From Felis catus (lineage: Eukaryota): a stretch of 64,000 nucleotides of DNA. The position numbers and the translations under genes are program-made. A model generated the notes under the pieces. It was not told where the DNA came from and made no database searches. It worked only from the letters and a program-made list of their open reading frames with translations. Every line of letters begins with the position of its first letter. Within the stretch, counting starts at the first letter, position 1. Location of the stretch: assembly GCF_018350175.1 (NCBI RefSeq), contig NC_058368.1:68884001-68948000 (forward strand), read 5' to 3'. Positions 38,803-53,030 of the stretch are shown here, piece after piece.

Positions 38803-39031
38803 GGGGTGCCTGGGTGGCTCAGTTGGTTAAGCGGCCGACTTCGGCTCAGGTCATGATCACACGGTCCGTGGGTTCAAGCCCCGCGTCAGGCTCTGTGCTG
38901 ACAGCTCAGAGCCTGGAGCCTGTTTCAGATTCTGTGTCTCCCTCTCTCTGACCCTCCCCCATTCATGCTCTGTCTCTCTCTGTCTCAAAAATAAATAAAT
39001 GTTAAAAAAATAAAAAATAAATAAAATAAAA
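38803..39031 (+). mobile_element. SINEC_Fc
   Basis: Perfect 15-bp TSD TAAAAGTCCCTCACA at 38788-38802 and 39032-39046. Confidence 0.95.
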
Positions 39032-39101
39032 TAAAAGTCCCTCACATAACTAGAGAAGGAAAAAAAAGAACAAGCAAAAAGGATATGTGTTAACAATTCT
39101 T

Positions 39102-39330
39102 GGGGCGCCTGGGTAGCTCAGTTGGTTGAGTGTCTGACTTCAGCTCAGTCATGATCTCATGATTCGTGGGTTTGAGCTCTGTGTCAGGCTCTGTGCTGAC
39201 AGCTCAGAGACTGGAGCCTGCTTCGGATTCTGTGTCTCCTTCTCTTTCTGCCCCTCCCACGCTCACGCTTTGTCTCACTCTGTTTCTCAAAAATAAATAA
39301 ATGTAAAAAAAAAATTAAAAAAAAAAAAGA
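39102..39330 (+). mobile_element. SINEC_Fc
   Basis: SINE motifs; short TSD aattctt. Confidence 0.92.
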
Positions 39331-40458
39331 ATTCTTCTCCTTCGGAACCAGGAGAGTAGGACCCAGTGAATAAAATAGGGAGTAAAGTGATGAACTTGGT
39401 TTATATCCTCCCATGCTTAAAATTCATCAGCATAATCACTTAACCCCTCAGCTTTCATTATTTGCAAGATAGGGATAAGAAGTCCATTCCACAGGGTGGT
39501 TTCATGGTTTATTTGGACTTGAGGAAGTCAGGATAATCCTGAGATCCTCCCAGGGAGATATATAAATAAAGGATGATGTGATTGTTTTCTAGGGCCTTTA
39601 GTGAAGAACTGTGCCCATTGGCCCTGCCACGGGAATATTCCAGCCTGAAATTAAAGAGTGGTTAGGCTGCTAAAACAACAAGAGCAGGATCTGTGACCAG
39701 GCAGTGTGGATCTCTGTGCCCCAGGGATGAACAGATGAGTCCTGGGAGGTCCTCAGCAGTTCAGAGAGTGCTTGAGTGGTGGTACTCAATGCACAACATT
39801 GGACTCTGGGTTGGTGAAGTCCGCCCTGAGTGTCTACAAGGCAGAAGATTAGGTTTTTCTGGAATATTCTAAAAATGAAGAGAGTCTCTACTTTCCAAGC
39901 ATTTAGAAGAATTGTTTATAATGGACTTGTAAGCAACTAACCCTATCTTTTCTTCACCTTTAGAAGAATCTTTACTGTGACTATCATTCCCATTTTATAG
40001 ATTAGAAAACAAAAGCACAGAGAGGAGAGTTTAGTGATTTGTCCAATGCAGCAAAGACGGTGAGGGACAATGAAATTCAACCTCTAGCCTTTACCTCAGT
40101 CTCTATTCTATTTCTTTATGGAGAAGCAGAGACTACATCTGGGGGTCCTTTAAGTTGTTAAACTTTGTTCTTCTCATAGGATTAAAAGTTAACTAATCTT
40201 TACCAGAGATGATGGCTTGAATTTTAGGAATTCCTGGGTTCTTGTTTAAAAGTGCCACAATACTGATGTCTCTGGGTATAAATTCTCCCCAGTAACCACA
40301 TTTACTCTATATACTTCGGACATAGCAGATTGCTCGGTCTCTACAGGCATTGTATTCAGCTATAATAACCAAGAAGTCCCTCACTGCATATAGCACTAAA
40401 CTGGTCTTTGAAAATTTTCTGGGACAACTAGAAAAGTGAGAATTTACATGAAAGCACA

Positions 40459-40689
40459 GGGGCGCCTGGGTGGCTCATTCGGTTGAGCTTCCAACGTCGG
40501 CTCAGGTCATGATCTCACGGTCTGTGGGTTCAAGCCCTGCATCAGGCTCTGTGCTGATGGCTCAGAGCCTGGAGCCTGCTTCGGATTCTGTGTCTCCCTC
40601 TCTCTCTCTGCCCCTCCCCTGTTCATGCTCTGTCTCTCTCTATCTCAAAATAAATAAAAACATTAAGGAAAAAAAATTAAAAAAAAAAA
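40459..40689 (+). mobile_element. SINEC_Fc
   Basis: SINE motifs; TSD aaagcacag. Confidence 0.93.
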
Positions 40690-40739
40690 GCACAGGGTTT
40701 GCACTGTCTGAGTCAAAGGGGGTGTTGGGGGAGTGAATA

Positions 40740-41160
40740 GGTGTCTCTGAAGACTCTTTCGGCAGGTTTTGTAGCCACAACAACCCAGGGGGCTGCTCTC
40801 TAGGCCTACAGACAGTCACTCTGTTGTCAACTCCAGCCCTGCCCTGCCCCCATCAAATTTGGCACCTTCAAAGCCAACCTGACTTTTCTTAGGGCTTAAA
40901 AAGAATATTTTTGCCCACAACTGTTGGTGTTCACAGGCTGCTGACTTCTCCAGAATCCATTGTGGGGCATACGGAAGCAGAAAGAAAACCCAAGAACTCA
41001 CAACTGGGTCATTCCTTGGGTCTCAAGGCCCCTGGCAGGTTGGCCTTCTCTCTACCTTTCAGTCTTCTTAGTTTGATATGTCCTACCTAGAGTTTTTACT
41101 GTACTTGGTGGGAGAAATAGAAAAAGCATTCTACTCCATCTTTCCAGAGGTTATAGTCCC
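40740..41160. mobile_element. LTR remnant, MER21-like
   Basis: End motif gtacttggtgggagaaatagaaaaagcattctactccatctttcc resembles the MER21 terminus as I recall it. Confidence 0.5.
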
Positions 41161-41170
41161 CTTAACTTGC

Positions 41171-41173
<3 letters not shown>

Positions 41174-41214
<41 letters not shown>

Positions 41215-41247
41215 TGTGTGTGTGTATGTGTGTGTGTGTGTGTGTGT
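41174..41247. repeat. Interrupted (TG)n microsatellite
   Basis: Direct reading. Confidence 0.97.
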
Positions 41248-41269
41248 TAAAATGTAAAATGTATATCAC

Positions 41270-41660
41270 ACTTGCCAGCTTAATCACTTCTACGTGACAC
41301 CTCAGGGGCACTGATGATACTCACAATGTTGTATGATCACCGCCAGTATCCATCTCCAAACTGTTTTCATGCCTCAAACAGAACCTCAATGACTCCCCAG
41401 CCCCTCCTTCCCTCGGTCCCTGCCCGTGGAACCTCTGGTCTACTTTCTGCGTCTATGAATTTTCCAATTCTAGATATTTCGTGTAAGTGGCATCACAACA
41501 TTTCTTTTGTGTCTGGTTTACTTTACTGAGCATGATCTTCTCAAGGCTTGTCCATGTTGTAGCATATGTCAGGATTTCCTTCCTTTTCATGGCTGTGGAA
41601 TATTCCAGTGTATGGCTAGGCCACATCTGCTGTCTGTTGAAGGACACTTCCGTTGTTTCC
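41270..41660 (-). mobile_element. L1MB-like 3' fragment
   Basis: Minus-strand remnant YSTAMKRKEILTYATTWTSLEKIMLS plus 3'UTR-like sequence. Confidence 0.8.
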
Positions 41661-42998
41661 TAACTTGCCTTTTTCACAAGGGAGTGCTGAGGCTGGAGAG
41701 GAGAGGGGGCAGTGGAAGTGCAGGAAAACCTCACTTAGTCCTTCTCTCAGTTCTATCGCAGGCACCAGAACACAGACAGACCCGACTCTGGGAAGGCAGG
41801 TGCCGGCATCCCGAAACGACCTTCAGCCAGCTTTCCTCTGGGAAGCCTGTGAATTTACGTAGTTGGCAAAGCGGTGCCCACTCACTTTAACAACCTTCCA
41901 CTATGGATTTACTCACGACGCAATCTGACGCTTTTTAAACACCAGAAAGGAAAAAAAGAACGGAATATTGTTAGTCTGTGCACATCTCTGTTGCTCCAGG
42001 TCTCATCTGTCCCTGTCAGAGCTCAGCCCTGCTCAGACTGCCCAGTACTGTCACCGAGCCTAGAAAAGCCGGCCAGCTCAACCTGCAGGGAAAACACACA
42101 CAAGGAAAACCCTGTGTACACGTGAACACTAGTGTTTAAGGAAAACAAGAGGCTTCTGCAGAGATTTACATTTCTCTAGAAGGCAGTTAAGGTACTAAGT
42201 AGTATAATTAAGGGTACCAAACAAAAAAGGGGTAAAGATTGCAGAACTTGAGAAATGGAGAACAGTGTGACGGTGGGTAGGAACCCTGACGAACCCTGAC
42301 GCTACAAGGGTAGGCATACATCTCTATCCCAAATGCACTCTGCATCCCAAGAGCGCTGCATTGATTTTGGCGTATCTTCCTGGGGTGACCGCGAGACTCC
42401 TACTCAAAAGTGAACACTCCACAAATACTATCTGACCTTTTGTGCTTATCTCTAGTAGAGCAAATAATCCCAGTTACTCCCCGCCAAAGGTTAAAATTTG
42501 CAGTCTCACTGCCATCAAAGTTTAAAGTTTATGACTTTTATTTCAGATATTAAAGATTCTAGGGTAGAAAGAAGACTATTTTGCTTTCTTTTGTCTTCCC
42601 AAACAACCTATCATGTGGTGATGGACTCTGTGATTTTAGGTATTGGCTCTGGTTTCTTTGTGCCAATTCTGTTCATGGCAACAAGGTAGACACAGTATTC
42701 CAGGAGATGTGAAGATGAGGAGAAGTCAAATCCTCATTTATGCTGAAACTGAATACGGAACTGATGGGCCTCTGGTCCCATTACAAACATATATACGTTG
42801 TATAAAATACATAAAATATAATTATGTCGATGCCCAAACTAGAAAATGGAATAGGAAACCACTGGATACAGAAACAGAGAAGAAATTCAAACCTAGCATG
42901 GAAAGGAGGAATTGAGGCTTAGCCTGTCCACCAGGCAGCCTGACACAAGTTCTCCTGGAGAATGGAGGGCAGGTTGCGCTTTTGTTTGTTTGTTTGAA

Positions 42999-43205
42999 AT
43001 TTTTTTAATGTTTATTTATTTTTGAAAGAGAGAGAGACAGAGCATGAGCAAGGGAGGGGCAGAGAAGGAGACACAGAATCTGAAGCAGGTTTCAGGCTCC
43101 GAGCTCTCAGCACAGAGCCCGGTGTGGGGCTTGAATCCATGAGCTGTGTAATCATGACCTGAGCTGAAGTCGGATGCTTAACCGACTGAGCCACCCAGGT
43201 GCCCC
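42999..43205 (-). mobile_element. SINEC_Fc
   Basis: Reverse SINE motifs. Confidence 0.92.
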
Positions 43206-43221
43206 AGCAGGTTGGGGTTTT

Positions 43222-43417
43222 AAAGTTTATTTACTTATTTTGAGAGGGAGAGACCAAGTGTGTGAGGGGGGGAGGGACAGAGAGAAAAGGACACAGAGAA
43301 TCCCATGCAGGTTCCCTGCTGTCAGGGTGCACAGCCTGACACAAGGCTCGATCCTTGAACTGTGTGAGCCAAAATCAAGAGTTGGACAATTAACCGATTG
43401 AGCCACCCAGGCGCCCC
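43222..43417 (-). mobile_element. Can-SINE (older subtype)
   Basis: Reverse SINE motifs, more diverged than its neighbour. Confidence 0.88.
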
Positions 43418-43722
43418 CAGGTTGGGCTTTTAGCATCCATCTGGTTCCCATAGTTTCCACCTCAGCAAAGAACCCAAAGGCATCTGCCAAATTCATGAGG
43501 TAGGTACCAGAAGTTGACCAAAAATATACTAAGTCTAGATCCTCCTCCTCAAGAAGAATTGGACAGCAAACTTAAGACTCGGTTGAAAAGTCCTGGGGAA
43601 AAGGCCAGAAAATTCAAAATCCTTATGAAACAGTGATACATTTGACCCTTGTTGAAGTCATTTTTTTAAAAATAAGTACTAACTGAGACAGTGCAGGTAA
43701 ACGCAAGTTGTTAATTCTGTTT

Positions 43723-43940
43723 TTTTTTTTAAATGCTTATTTATTTTTGAGGGAGAGAATGAGAGACGATGCACGGAAAAGGGGCAGAGAGAAACGGAGA
43801 CAAAGAATCCAAAGCAGGCTCCAGGCTCTGAGCTGTCAGCACAGAGCCTGACGTGGGGCTCGAACTCACAAACCGTGAGATCATGACCTGAGCTGAGATC
43901 AAGAGTCAGATGCTTAACTGACTGAGCCACCCAGGCACCC
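43723..43940 (-). mobile_element. Can-SINE
   Basis: TSD TTGTTAATTCTGTTT at 43708-43722 and 43941-43955. Confidence 0.93.
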
Positions 43941-44519
43941 TTGTTAATTCTGTTTCTTATGCACATGAAATGAATCACCATCATCATCCACATTATCTGT
44001 CCTAATTAATATCTCAGTTATAATTCTCTAAACATGATCATCAAAACTGCACAGAGATTTCTTATTAACAAGCCATAGAAATGAATTCCCCCAAAAGTAC
44101 ATTCACAAGAGAAGCAAGTAGGGCTCAGGCAAGATTGGCTTATTATTAATCAAACTGTTCTGCTTCATCAATAAAATGATTAAGGGCAGCTTAGCACTGT
44201 TTACAGAGTTCATTGATCAGGCCTTTGATTTCACTGTCAGGTGCCCTGTGTGGAGAAACGTAACTTCAACCCTACTGTAAATCTCAAGCGGTTGGGATTC
44301 TTTGGAGTCGCAGCATCACGGCCCGTCCATGACAGATGGTTCAACAACGACCGGGAATGAGATTCTGCTCTGTGGGAACAACACAGGGCTGATGGAGTGC
44401 CCGTGGGTTCCTTCTCTCAAACACCATTCTTCACTTACAGACACTTTGGTAGTGTACATGCACCATATAAAGCTCTTCTTAGGGAAACATCTCTGTTTAG
44501 CTTGACTTTTGTTCTCCGT

Positions 44520-44726
44520 TATTTTTTTTAATGTTTATTTACTTATTTTGAGAGAGAGAGAGAGAGCAGGGAAGAGGCAGAGAGAGGAAGAGAGTGGATC
44601 CCAAGCAGGCTCCCCTCTGTCAGTGCAGAGACCGACACAGGGCTCAAACTCACAAACCATGAGATCATGACCCGAGCTGAAATCAAGAATCAGATGCTTA
44701 ACCAACTGCGCTGCCCAGGCACCCCC
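44520..44726 (-). mobile_element. Can-SINE
   Basis: Reverse SINE motifs. Confidence 0.9.
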
Positions 44727-45555
44727 AATTTTATCTTACCTGTAATGATAGTGCATATTATTGACTGTAAACAAGGACTTGCGACATGTAATTTATATAC
44801 AGTACTCATTCATTGCTTTCAAATGAGGAAACAGACTATGCAACCTTCCCAAGGTCATTTTGGGAAGGTGAGAAAAGCATTTGGGTCCAGGTATGTTGGA
44901 CCCTGATAATGTATATTATCATGGATGTGCTTTTATCCAGTGTAATTACTGCCTCTAACAGTAAAAGTCAATATTGACAATAGAGATGCCCATTGGCAAT
45001 ATTTAGTTTAATTATAAGAAGATGTGGTATACATTTATGACATAAATATTCTGTAATGATGCTATCATTCCGATAGGAAAAAAGTATTTCTTGATTGGAT
45101 ACATCTATTTATCTGGTATATAGCAGACACTTCACATACTACATACTGCTTAATCCACATAATATCACTGAGAAGATTCTATTCTTATTCTCATTTTACA
45201 GTTGAAGTCATTCAGGCTTAGGATGGCTGGGTAACTTTAGCAAATTCACAGAGAAAGTAAGTAGTTGAATTCTAGTCCAGGTGCTTGATGCTACACCATA
45301 CTGCCAGTGTGACTTTATAAATGCATCATTAAGGTTGCTTTCATACTAAGTATTTGTGTACAAAACATATTTATAATATATTCTTTCATCAACATGTATA
45401 TTCTCTATTTTGTATTAAGGACAAGAATCAAAATAATCAAAACTCCCCCCCACCCCCTGCAAAAAAATAAAATCTTGAATTTTATCTGTCTGAATATAGA
45501 CAGTTAAAAGCTGAAAGGGATGTTAGGGCTTATGGAGTACAACCCACTTAATCTT

Positions 45556-45768
45556 TTTAAAAATTTTTTTTAATGTTTATTTTTGAGAGAGAGAAACAGA
45601 GCACAAGCAGAATAGGGGCAGAGAGAGAGGGAGGCACAGAACCCAAAGCAGGTTCCAGGCTCTGAGCTGTCAGCACAGAGCCCAAAATGGGGCTGGAACT
45701 CACGAACTGTGAGATGATGACCCGAGCCCAAGTGGGACGCTTAACCAACTGAGCCACCCAGGTGCCCC
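45556..45768 (-). mobile_element. SINEC_Fc
   Basis: 17-bp TSD ACAACCCACTTAATCTT at 45539-45555 and 45769-45785. Confidence 0.94.
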
Positions 45769-46242
45769 ACAACCCACTTAATCTTAATGATGAGGAAACT
45801 GATACCCCAGAGAAGTTCCAATTTATATGGCCACTGACTAGTGGTGAGATCGTGAGCAGTTTTCCAAATGACAGCTAAAATGTGATTGGGTGAAAAGCCA
45901 TACCAATTGTGAAGATAAAATAAACAAAACAAATAGCACTATGTGTAGCATAATGTTAGCTAGGTTATTATTATCATTGTTAACAACATGACTATATTAA
46001 AATTAGGGGACTGAATCTAATGGCCCCACCACATTGGTCAACCTTATATCCATACACACGTGGTCTTTGTGTTCACTGCACAACAACAGCATTCTTCACT
46101 CGCTACATGATTTATCTAGTCACAATCACATGTATTCACCTACTGTATAAGTTCCTGTCTGGTTTCGAATGAACATATAATTGAAATGTTTCATGGGCTT
46201 CGCAATACATGAGTACTCAGAAAGTGAATAAAAAAGCCTAGG

Positions 46243-46372
46243 GTAGGGTGACAATACTATCCAGTTTGCCTGGGGCGGCCCCAATTTGTGCTTGGTGACG
46301 TAGCTTTATTATCAATACCATCCATTTTACTCTCGAAAGTGTCCCAATTTGGATGGATGAACGTATGGTCTA
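46243..46372. mobile_element. hAT-Blackjack MITE remnant (MER81/MER94-like)
   Basis: Starts tagggtgac...ccagtttgcctggg and ends ...atggtc. Confidence 0.55.
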
Positions 46373-49135
46373 AGCAGTTCATTTTCAAATTGATTAAAAA
46401 TTTAAATATAAAGCTATTTTAGAGATGATGGCAAATTTACACATGCGATATAGGCTACAATCTAGAAGCCTCCATGCCTTGCAGATAGGACAGCAGGCGC
46501 TCCCTGTGTTCACAGGAGAAAACTCCAATTGTGTTCCGGGTAAGCCATGTGCTGTCTTACAGAGGAACTAGAAGATTTCAGATGAACTTTTAGTCTTTCC
46601 AGAACACAACGACACTACTTACATAACAACAGACATGCTAAGTTGAAGCAAAACACCTCCTTCTACGTGAATAGCTGCAGGAAACATTCAAACCCTCCTG
46701 GACTGTCCACTCTTGGGAGGCCCATCTGCCTGGGTCTGTGAGATAAGCCGCATCCCAGGCCTCACAATGCATGACTTGGCTTTTGCCTGGAGCTTCTGTG
46801 GTGCATTCTGTTATTAATGCAAATAGTAACACACATGAGGGACAATATTTCCATCATTACAGAAAGGACGCAGGATATCCTCCAGAGAATATAGCAGGAC
46901 CCTCTAACTAACCATCAGGCGGCAGCTCCTAAAGTCACTGTCATGAACATAGTTAGGTTCTGAACAACGCTTGGGCTATTACATATAATTCATGCTGACA
47001 CACTGACAGCAGAATGCTGTTCATTTCCAGCGTAAGCCTACCAGAGGTTTAGCGGAACACATCCTAATGGAATAAGCTTGTCTTTGTCAGGAATATTCCG
47101 GTTGTAATAAAAATCCACTGATGTTAGCTTAAAGAAAAATTTAGTATAAGGTTGGAGTGGGAGAGGCATCAGACACATCAATGGTGGAAAATGTGATCAG
47201 ATCTCCTCATGAGGCAGAAAGCTCTCAGTAACTAAGTGAGCTATGACCTCTGGAATAAAGTGGGTCACCACTGCTTTTCTCTACCTTTCTACATAAATCT
47301 GCTTCATTCTATGGCTTTCCTCTGTATATTAGCATTCTCTGATTTCTTTGTATACGGAGCCCCCCAAAAGGCATCCTCATTGTAGCTTTCTGTCATTTCC
47401 TTGTTCAAACACCCAGCCTTTAGATTACAATTCTAAATTCCCAGGAGGAAGCAAATCTAACTGGCCCATGAGCTGGGCATGATGTACCAGTGAGCTACGA
47501 CCAAAGAGAACTTATATAGATAAATACAAATATGGGTCCTCAGGAGCCTGATTTGAGCAAACATTCCCAAAGGAACCTACAAATGGGTATAAAATGGTTG
47601 TGTGCATTTTAACTGTACTTCTCTAGTCCCAAGGAAGCCTATTTTTTATTTTTCCAAAATGCATTTGGAAATAAGTTGGCCATAAACAGGCACAGAAAAA
47701 CATCAGGTTCTGAGTAGAAAGTAATGCCATTTTAGCACACTCAACTACGCTCTGAAACGTCCGTACAGAAGATCAGATCATGTAATTCGTGAGAGTCAAT
47801 ACAAGGAGCGCCATCCAAGGCACCCATTGTGGACTCACAGTGAGGAAGCCAGTGGTGTTCATTACTCCTTACTCTGTCGTCATCTGGCTATTCTTGCCTG
47901 AGCCCCCATGAAACTCCTGGGCCTCCCACCATCTCCAAGTTTTCCTATCCTGTTTACCTCAGACCTTAGGCTGGAAGGGAAGATAGGGTCTTTTTGACAA
48001 AGGGTTTAAGACATAATAGATATATTGTTAGGCAGCTTTTCTAGTCTTGCCATTCAGAAATCCTCGATTTCCAACCAACATGAAAAGCTCCTGAAATTTT
48101 AAGGGGACACAGACAAAAGTATACCAAAGGCTTGAGTTTTTATAAATTTACCTAATTTTTTAAACTTGAAGACTCATATCATTTAAAGCTCATTTGCCTT
48201 TGTGACTTGTTTTATAATTGTGTTTTTACCTGATTATAATTGTCTTATTGGTGATTTTTACTGAAGTAGAGCATGATGTGATTGATTCCTTTTAAGAATG
48301 AATGTATATACAGGGAGATAGCAAATGGGCGCTTTTCTGTATTTTCCACTATTTTGTCAAATCCAGAGTTTGTTTGTGTTTTAATGTAAGATTTGGCTTG
48401 AAAATTAACAAATAATTACCTAAAGGATGTGACTTAGTTGTCGTTCTTGTGAATTAAGCCAAAGTTACTCTTTTTGAAGACATATTCTGTTATAATTTTA
48501 GTTGGCTTCACTCATTTTTAAAACATCACTGATTTTAAGTACTATGAAAGTAGAAATAACACCTTTTAATAGAGAGGGCAATACAATAATTCAGTAATTT
48601 GGGACTTGATCATAATTTTAATGTCATTTCATGTTTAATCCAGTCACCACATATTGAATACATACTATTGACTAGCCAAAGCATTACAGAGATTAAGAGA
48701 TGGGGGGGGGGGATGTACCTTCTCCATCCTTCTCCCCCACTGGCCCAAAAATCCATGAGTCCACATAACAGATGGAGGTAAAATAAACAAAATACAAGAG
48801 AAAATGCAGTAAATATGAGAAGTATGAAGTATTTGGGGAATGCGAAGAGAGAGAGAAAGATTAATTCTAACTGGAGGGACACACGAGGAAAGGGAATTTT
48901 AACTAGGTTCTGGACTTGAGGTATGTAATCTGGTTATTCAATATCCTCAGTAGTAATTTTCAAGATCATCACTTACTCTAAGCATGATTTTTACCTCAGA
49001 AAATACAAAATTAGTATGGTACATTGATATTCAACACAGAGGTGTGTCAGAATCATCTAGCATATTTTGTCAAATATGCAATTCTCAAAAAACATAAGCC
49101 CACTCCTGTGTCCCCCATATTCTTAACTAGTGGGA

Positions 49136-49137
<2 letters not shown>

Positions 49138-49173
<36 letters not shown>
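49138..49173. repeat. (CA)n microsatellite
   Basis: Direct reading. Confidence 0.97.
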
Positions 49174-49175
<2 letters not shown>

Positions 49176-51748
49176 GTGAGACAAAGTGTGAATGCCATGG
49201 TGAAAGCTTTAACATCAACTTCAATGTGAAATAGTTTCTATAAATACTTTTTTTTGGACAGATAACTGTTCAAGTTTCTTGGAAAGATCTGATTTAACTC
49301 TTAAAATTATAAAATGTATCATTATAGTTAATTTTTATTCAAGGTTATCTTAGATGTATTTATGAAATGTACTTTAGTCCTTTCTGGAAACTTGTAGAGC
49401 AAAAATACATAAATAAATAAAAATAAGTTGATGATAGATATCTGGATGGATAGCTAGTGACCTGAATGAATTAGTGCTCCTTATTTCTGCTTTTGGAGAG
49501 CCAGGATTTGAGGAATACTGAAAACAGGCCCAATCCTATGCACAGGTAATTCACCCAGCCATAGTTAAACATCTTACTGAGTCTCAGCCCTTCCCTGACT
49601 CCGTTAGTCACAGATCCAGGTAGAACAGCTCCAGCTTCAGACAATGTACAGCCCTAATACAGGCAGCATTGAGCCCCTCGAGCTTTGCATTTTCCGTGTA
49701 AAACCTCAGTAACATATGCTGTTGATTGATCTCCTTTCTCAATAATTCTACTTGGATTGCTTTCTTTTGAGTGCCATGATCATAACCTTAGCACACCGCA
49801 AGCTGCCTATTTTCGCTCCTTTGACTTTGTCAGTATCTGGTGCAAAACGGACATGTTCGGTTTTAGTCTTGGAGCTGACTGCTGTTCATATAACTTAATT
49901 ATGTTGACAGATTAATATTTTTTTAGATAATTTACATATGTTGTGGCATCTTTTCATTGGAAACAACAGTAGTTTGCATGGGAAATAACCAAAGTCTTCA
50001 TTTAAAAAAAAAAAAATCCCAGAGACCAGTCCCCCACAGAATGAAGTCAAGGCAACTTGAATGATGGGATAGTTTAACCCTGTTCAACCACCTGGCATGC
50101 CAAGGAAAATAAAAAGGCTAAGTATCCCTGAAATGTCTCCCTCAGCTTCTCTCATTCAGATGTAAACTGGAATCAATTTTGCCATCAGTGCCATTTGCAC
50201 AGAGGTAGTGCTTTGATTAAGTAAACAAGATTTCTCCTTCTCCGCTAGTGCAGCCATTTCCATGTGGTTAATTACTCATTAAGTGCTAATATTTTGTGAA
50301 GCTGGGTGAGAAGCATTAACTAGACAATAATAAAAGAGGAGGTACTGTTCTGTTAAGAGCCAGAAGCTGAGTTTTGAGGAGATCACCCTGGAAAGAAGGA
50401 TGGATAACTCTCCTTGACAAAATAGCTGGCTGGCTGCTGAGAAGAACAATCAGATAGGCCTTCAGCTGTGACTGCTCTGTCTTCCCCAGGGCTCCCCAAA
50501 TCACTGTCGAATGTAATAGTGTGAGAAGCAGAAGAAATGGATGGAAACAGACGAGGGATACAGTTCCAAGGCCTGGAAAATTCTTGTAATCACTAGAAAA
50601 AAGATACTATTTGAATCACATCTAAGAATCCAGTAACTGAGAAGGTTGTTACTAGTCATGTTACACCGTGCGAGGAGATTAATCTTATTAAAAAAAAATT
50701 ACTATATGGCGCAAAATATAACGGGTCCCCACGACCTGCTCATGGTCACTTTCGACACACACTTGTGCCATTTAACTACTTTTCTTCTATTTTATTTTCC
50801 TTGTTTTCTCTTCCTGACTGTTAAGCACAGCTGGATGCCCCCAGAGTTTATAGAAAGATAGTACAATTTAACTGCCTAGCTCCCACTTACATTTTAACTG
50901 GAAAAAAAAAAAAAGCTTTCACATCGAAAAACTAAAACCATAGGTATAAAATTTCAGGCGGCAGTCAGTTAATAGAAAAGCTGAGTTTCCAAATCATTCC
51001 TGGCACTTCTAAAGCCCAAAGACGGCCACCTACCTTGCCTACTGCAGACCTGTTTCTGAGCTAGAAGTTTCTTTGGGGGATATAAAGCCAGTTTTAGAGA
51101 AATATTTATATCTCTTTCTCCTTGATATTGAGAAACTCTCCATTCTCTTCCCTTGTTTTCATCTCCTCCATGTTACAGGATCTTTAGAAGCAAAGTTATA
51201 AGTCCATTCAATCGTTCATTTATTTACAGACATTTTATGAGTTCCCACAATGTTTTACACAATGTGCCAGGTGCTGCTAAAACCCAAATGAACAGAACAC
51301 TGTTCCTATCTTCAGTGAGTAGAGAAGACAGCATGGCAATGTGCCACTGATGTTAAGACAGAAGTCGGCTCAGGGTTACAGCAGGGGTCACAAGAAATAA
51401 GCAGTAAATTCTATCTCCAGTGTACACAACTATACGAGCTAAAAAGAAGACATTACTCCCACTGTGTAAAAAAGAAGAGTATAAACCCCGCAAGAAACTA
51501 GCACTTGCCCTTACTTCAAATGGGAAAAGTAATTTTGGAAAATTATGTTCTCAATCAAAGTTGTTAGGTTAACCACAAAAGTATGCTAAGGATTGTGAAA
51601 CTTACAACCTAAACATAAACCAGAAAAAAAAAATTAGAGAATAGGCCATACATACATGGAGATGTATCCTAAATAATGCTGCACCTACACTTCTGTAAGC
51701 CACTTTTTCAAAGTGAAATCTAGTCTTTAACATTATGCTTGGTTATTT

Positions 51749-51819
51749 ATCTATCTACCTACCTATCTATCCATCCATCCATCCATCCATCCATCCATCC
51801 ATCCATCCATCTATCTATC
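51749..51819. repeat. (TCTA)/(TCCA)n tetranucleotide repeat
   Basis: Direct reading. Confidence 0.95.
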
Positions 51820-51960
51820 TGATAGGAGAAAATCACCTTTTATTCCTAGCATAGTACCTTACACATAGTTAGTCGTCTAGAATTATCCCTTGAATGCTAA
51901 TGTTAGAAACTAAATAGCATAATGTGAGTTGTAAGAATTTACATTTTTGTAACAAGTATC

Positions 51961-51980
51961 TTTTTTTTTTTGAGAGAGAG

Positions 51981-52024
<44 letters not shown>

Positions 52025-52191
52025 CGGATGCACAAGGGGAGGGGTAAAGGGAATATTAAGCAGGTTTCACACCCAGCATGGAGCCAGACTCAGGGTGCAA
52101 TATCACGACTGTGAGATCATGACCATGAGATCATGACCTGAGCTGAAATCAAGAGTTCAATGCTTAACTGACTGAGCCACCCAGGTGCCCC
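51961..52191 (-). mobile_element. Can-SINE
   Basis: Reverse SINE with (GA)n and an internal duplication of tgagatcatgacc. Confidence 0.9.
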
Positions 52192-52819
52192 AACACAGGT
52201 ATCTTTTTAATTCTCTTTTGACTTTTGAAGTATTGATATTCAAATATTTGATCTTCTAAGTTTTTGGCAAGAATTGTAATTTGTTTACCTAAATTCCTTT
52301 CAGTCATTCAAGAGATATGTATTAAGCATCTGCTTTGTACAAGGCACTGACCTAGGTACTGAGGATTAAAAGGAACAAGAGAGACCAACACCTTATATTC
52401 TAGTGGGGTATACAGACAATGAAGAAATAACCTAAATGGTAATTTCAGAGAGTGATGATGGATGTATAAAAAGCAGTAATATAACACAGTGTCCTGAAAT
52501 AGGGATTACTCCAGATTGTGTGGTTCAGAAAGGTCTTTCCATAGAGATGATATCTGAAGAGAAACCTGGGAAATAGGAAGGAACCAGTGAAATAAAAGTC
52601 TAGAGAATCCCAAGCAAAGCCACTCTAAAAATCTGACCCAACCACAGAGACCACACACAGACTAGTATGTTCAGGCCAAAGATCTGAAAGTTTTCCTTGA
52701 GTTCTCTTCTTTCCCATTACCTCTTCATCCAAACCATCGTCTAGTCCTGTCAATATCTAGAAAACAGATTCTCAAATCTTATCTCCATTGCTGCCCTGAA
52801 CAATTCACCATCTATCACC

Positions 52820-53030
52820 AATGTAGTAGCAACATAGGACTATTGATCATCTGAAATGTGTCCAGTAAGGATGCTGTAGACCTAAAACACACACCAGATT
52901 TTAAAGGTTTTGTATGAAAAAAAGGTAAAGTATCTTAATAATTTTGTCCTGATTATACATTGAAATAATAATATATCGGATTAAGCAAAATACACTTTAA
53001 ATATTAATTTTATGTTTGACTTTTTTGCTA
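52820..53030. mobile_element. hAT-Charlie remnant (MER3/MER33-like)
   Basis: Motifs tgaaatgtgtccagt, gattatacattgaaataataata and attaatttt. Confidence 0.5.

Noticed and set aside
44230..44505. Possible exon (acceptor-like ctgtcAG and a 67-aa ORF)
   Set aside because: No recognisable homology and no convincing paired donor.
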